A stretch of DNA of 63,062 nucleotides, filler included, from Chiloscyllium plagiosum (taxonomy: Eukaryota): the NCBI RefSeq assembly GCF_004010195.1. It is 4 parts of one record of this genome, joined end to end, with 100 filler letters (N's around TTAATTAATTAA, not from the genome) between each part and the next. Parts side by side here need not be neighbours in the genome. Positions count along the whole stretch, not along the records: positions 56,121 to 63,062 come from NC_057713.1; 3 more parts are not named here. One strand, 5' to 3'. The position numbers and the translations under genes are program-made. The notes below the pieces were generated by a model that was not told the DNA's origin, made no database searches, and worked only from the letters and a program-made list of their open reading frames with translations. Below, piece by piece: positions 61,099 to 63,062 of this stretch; position 1 is the stretch's first letter; the number at the start of each line of letters is the position of its first letter.

Positions 61099-61415
61099 GG
61101 GCAGCATGGTGGCTCAGTGGTTAGCACTGCTGCCTCACAGCACCAGGAACCCAGGTTCAATTCTGGCCTCAGGTGCCTGTCTGTGTAGAGTTTGCACATT
61201 CTCCCCGTGCCTGCGTTGGTTTCCTCACACAGTCCAAAGATGTACGGGTTAGGTGGATTGGCCATGCTAAATTGTCTATAGTGATCAGGGATGAGGAGTT
61301 TAGGTGCGTTAGTCAGGGGTAAATGTAGAGGAATGGGTTTGGGTGGGGTACTCTTCAGAGGGTCGGTGTGGACTTGTTGGGCTGAAGGTCCTGTTCCAAA
61401 ACTATAGGGATTCTA
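61099..61415 (+). mobile_element. HE1 SINE
   Basis: Full head, core and tail. Confidence 0.88.
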
Positions 61416-61417
61416 TG

Positions 61418-61985
61418 ATTTGATTTGATTTATTATTGTCACATGCACCCAAGTATAGTGAAACGTTTTACATGCAGTACAGGCAGATCATAACATACAA
61501 AGATCACAGGGTGATTGAACGGAGCTAGGAGTACAAAGTTATGGTTGCAGAGGGAGTGCACAAAAAGTAAGATCAAAATTAGATTTGAAATTTGAGAGGA
61601 CCATTCAGAAGTCTAATAACTGGGAGGAAGCTATCCTTGAATCTGTTGGTACATGTATTTAAGCTTTTGTATCTTCTGCATGATGGAAGAGGTTTGAAGA
61701 GATTATGACTGGGTTGGGAGGGGTCTTTGTTTATGTCGGCTGCCTTTCCAAAGCAGCAAGAAATATAGATGGAGTCAATGGATAGAAAGTTGGTTTGCGG
61801 GATGGTCTGGGCTGTGTTCATAACTTTCTGTCATTTTGTATGATCCTGGGGAGAGCAGTTGCTGTACCAAGCCATGATGCTTTCAAATAGAATGCTTTTC
61901 TGTGGTGCATTGGCTGGTGAGGATCTTTACGGACATGCCGAATTTCCTTATCCTCCAGAGGAAGAAGAGGAGTGGAACAATGCCT
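61418..61985 (-). mobile_element. Rex1/Babar-type LINE 3' fragment
   Basis: KDPSQPSHNLFKPLPSCRRYKSLNTCTNRFKDSFLPVIRLLN, and a gtgacaataataaatcaaatcaaat tail. Confidence 0.8.
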
Positions 61986-62715
61986 AAAAGGACAAAATCT
62001 CTTAACAATATTGGCGAATGTGAGGACAAGCAGGGAAAGTTGGGTGCTCTGAAGTTTAGAGAGGATAGGATTGAGGGCACAGCAGGTAAGTCTTATGAGC
62101 AGCTCAAATGGAGAGAGTGCCTGAGAAGATATAGGAGAGAAATTAGGGAAGGATGTAAATTCAGGGCTAGTGCCGGCGGGAGAATTAAATGAAGTTTGAC
62201 CAGGTGATGGTCTAGAAGGTTTTGGACTTAATTTCAAAGGGTAGGATTTAATCAGGCAACAGAGGTCTCCTGTTGAAAGGATATTATCATTGTCTTTGCC
62301 AGGATCAAAGGATGTCAGGAGTTACAATCCTGCCCTTCAAGAGATGCCAATCAATCAGCAGCTGGCAGCTCTGTTGAATAGCAATGCTGCTGGGAAAGTC
62401 ACATGCCAATGTAATTGATTGTTTAGATGATTGAACCAGATAAGATCAAGAAAGTAAGCAATCCTACCTTATATCATTGAGTGAAATTCAGTGAGGTCCT
62501 ATAATTTCCAACCTCATTTCAGATCTTCTCAATTCAATGTTCTTCTGGCTGACCTCCCACTTCCCACTCTGTTCATCCCAAATTCTACAAACCCTATCTA
62601 ATTTGCATTACTCACTTCTCTACAACCTCCCTTTGGCTCCTGATTCATCAAAGACTTGATTTTTAAATTTTCTTTCTAAATCCTTCCATGGCCTAATTAC
62701 CTCACTTTCTCTGTA

Positions 62716-63062
62716 CATAGAACATAGAACAATACTGCACAGAACAGGCCCTTCGGCCCACGATGTTGTGCCGAACATTTGTCCTAGCTTAAGCACCCAT
62801 CCATGTACCTATCCAATTGCCGCTTAAAGGTCACCAATGATTCTGACTCTGCCACTCCCACAGGCAGCACATTCCATGCCCCCACCACTCTCTGGGTAAA
62901 GAACCCACCCCTGACATCTCCCCTATACCTTCCACCCTTCACCTTAAATTTATGTCCCCTTGTAACACTCTGTTGTACCAGGGGAAAAAGTGTCTGACTG
63001 TCGACTCTATCTATTCCTCTGATCATCTTATAAACCTCCATCAAGTCACCCCTCATCCTTCG
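62716..63062 (-). mobile_element. Young CR1 3' end
   Basis: ORF 62784-63056; near-identical to 1-165 and 29655-29960. Confidence 0.93.

Noticed and set aside
6802..61415. tRNA-like A/B boxes
   Set aside because: These are SINE heads, not complete tRNA cloverleaves.
1..63062. CRISPR array, prokaryotic operon or retron-type system suggested by the many RT ORFs and the TTAATTAATTAA linker
   Set aside because: No repeat-spacer arrays or bacterial genes; the RTs are eukaryotic non-LTR and PLE types, and the linker is an assembly artefact.

Overview
Vertebrate genomic DNA, almost certainly from a shark or ray: it is dense in HE1-type SINEs and their partner CR1/HER1-type LINEs. The window is four contigs joined by 100-nt N44-TTAATTAATTAA-N44 spacers. 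The only host coding sequence I can support is two minus-strand exons of RIMS2, lying between the PDZ and C2A domains. These are a 113-nt exon (53471-53583) and a 48-nt frame-preserving alternative microexon (49702-49749). The rest is intron or intergenic DNA filled with nested retroelements: CR1, L2, Rex1/Babar, RTE, Tx1-like, Gypsy, three SINE families and Penelope-like elements (PLEs). Nearly all ORFs in the supplied track are TE fragments or their antisense shadows. The most notable unannotated signal is a set of minimal type-I hammerhead ribozyme motifs from at least four sequence families. They sit in PLE terminal repeats and in non-autonomous fold-back derivatives; several have intact cores, and one insertion with a 13-bp TSD lies inside the RIMS2 intron. 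Repeat boundaries were read by eye and are approximate.
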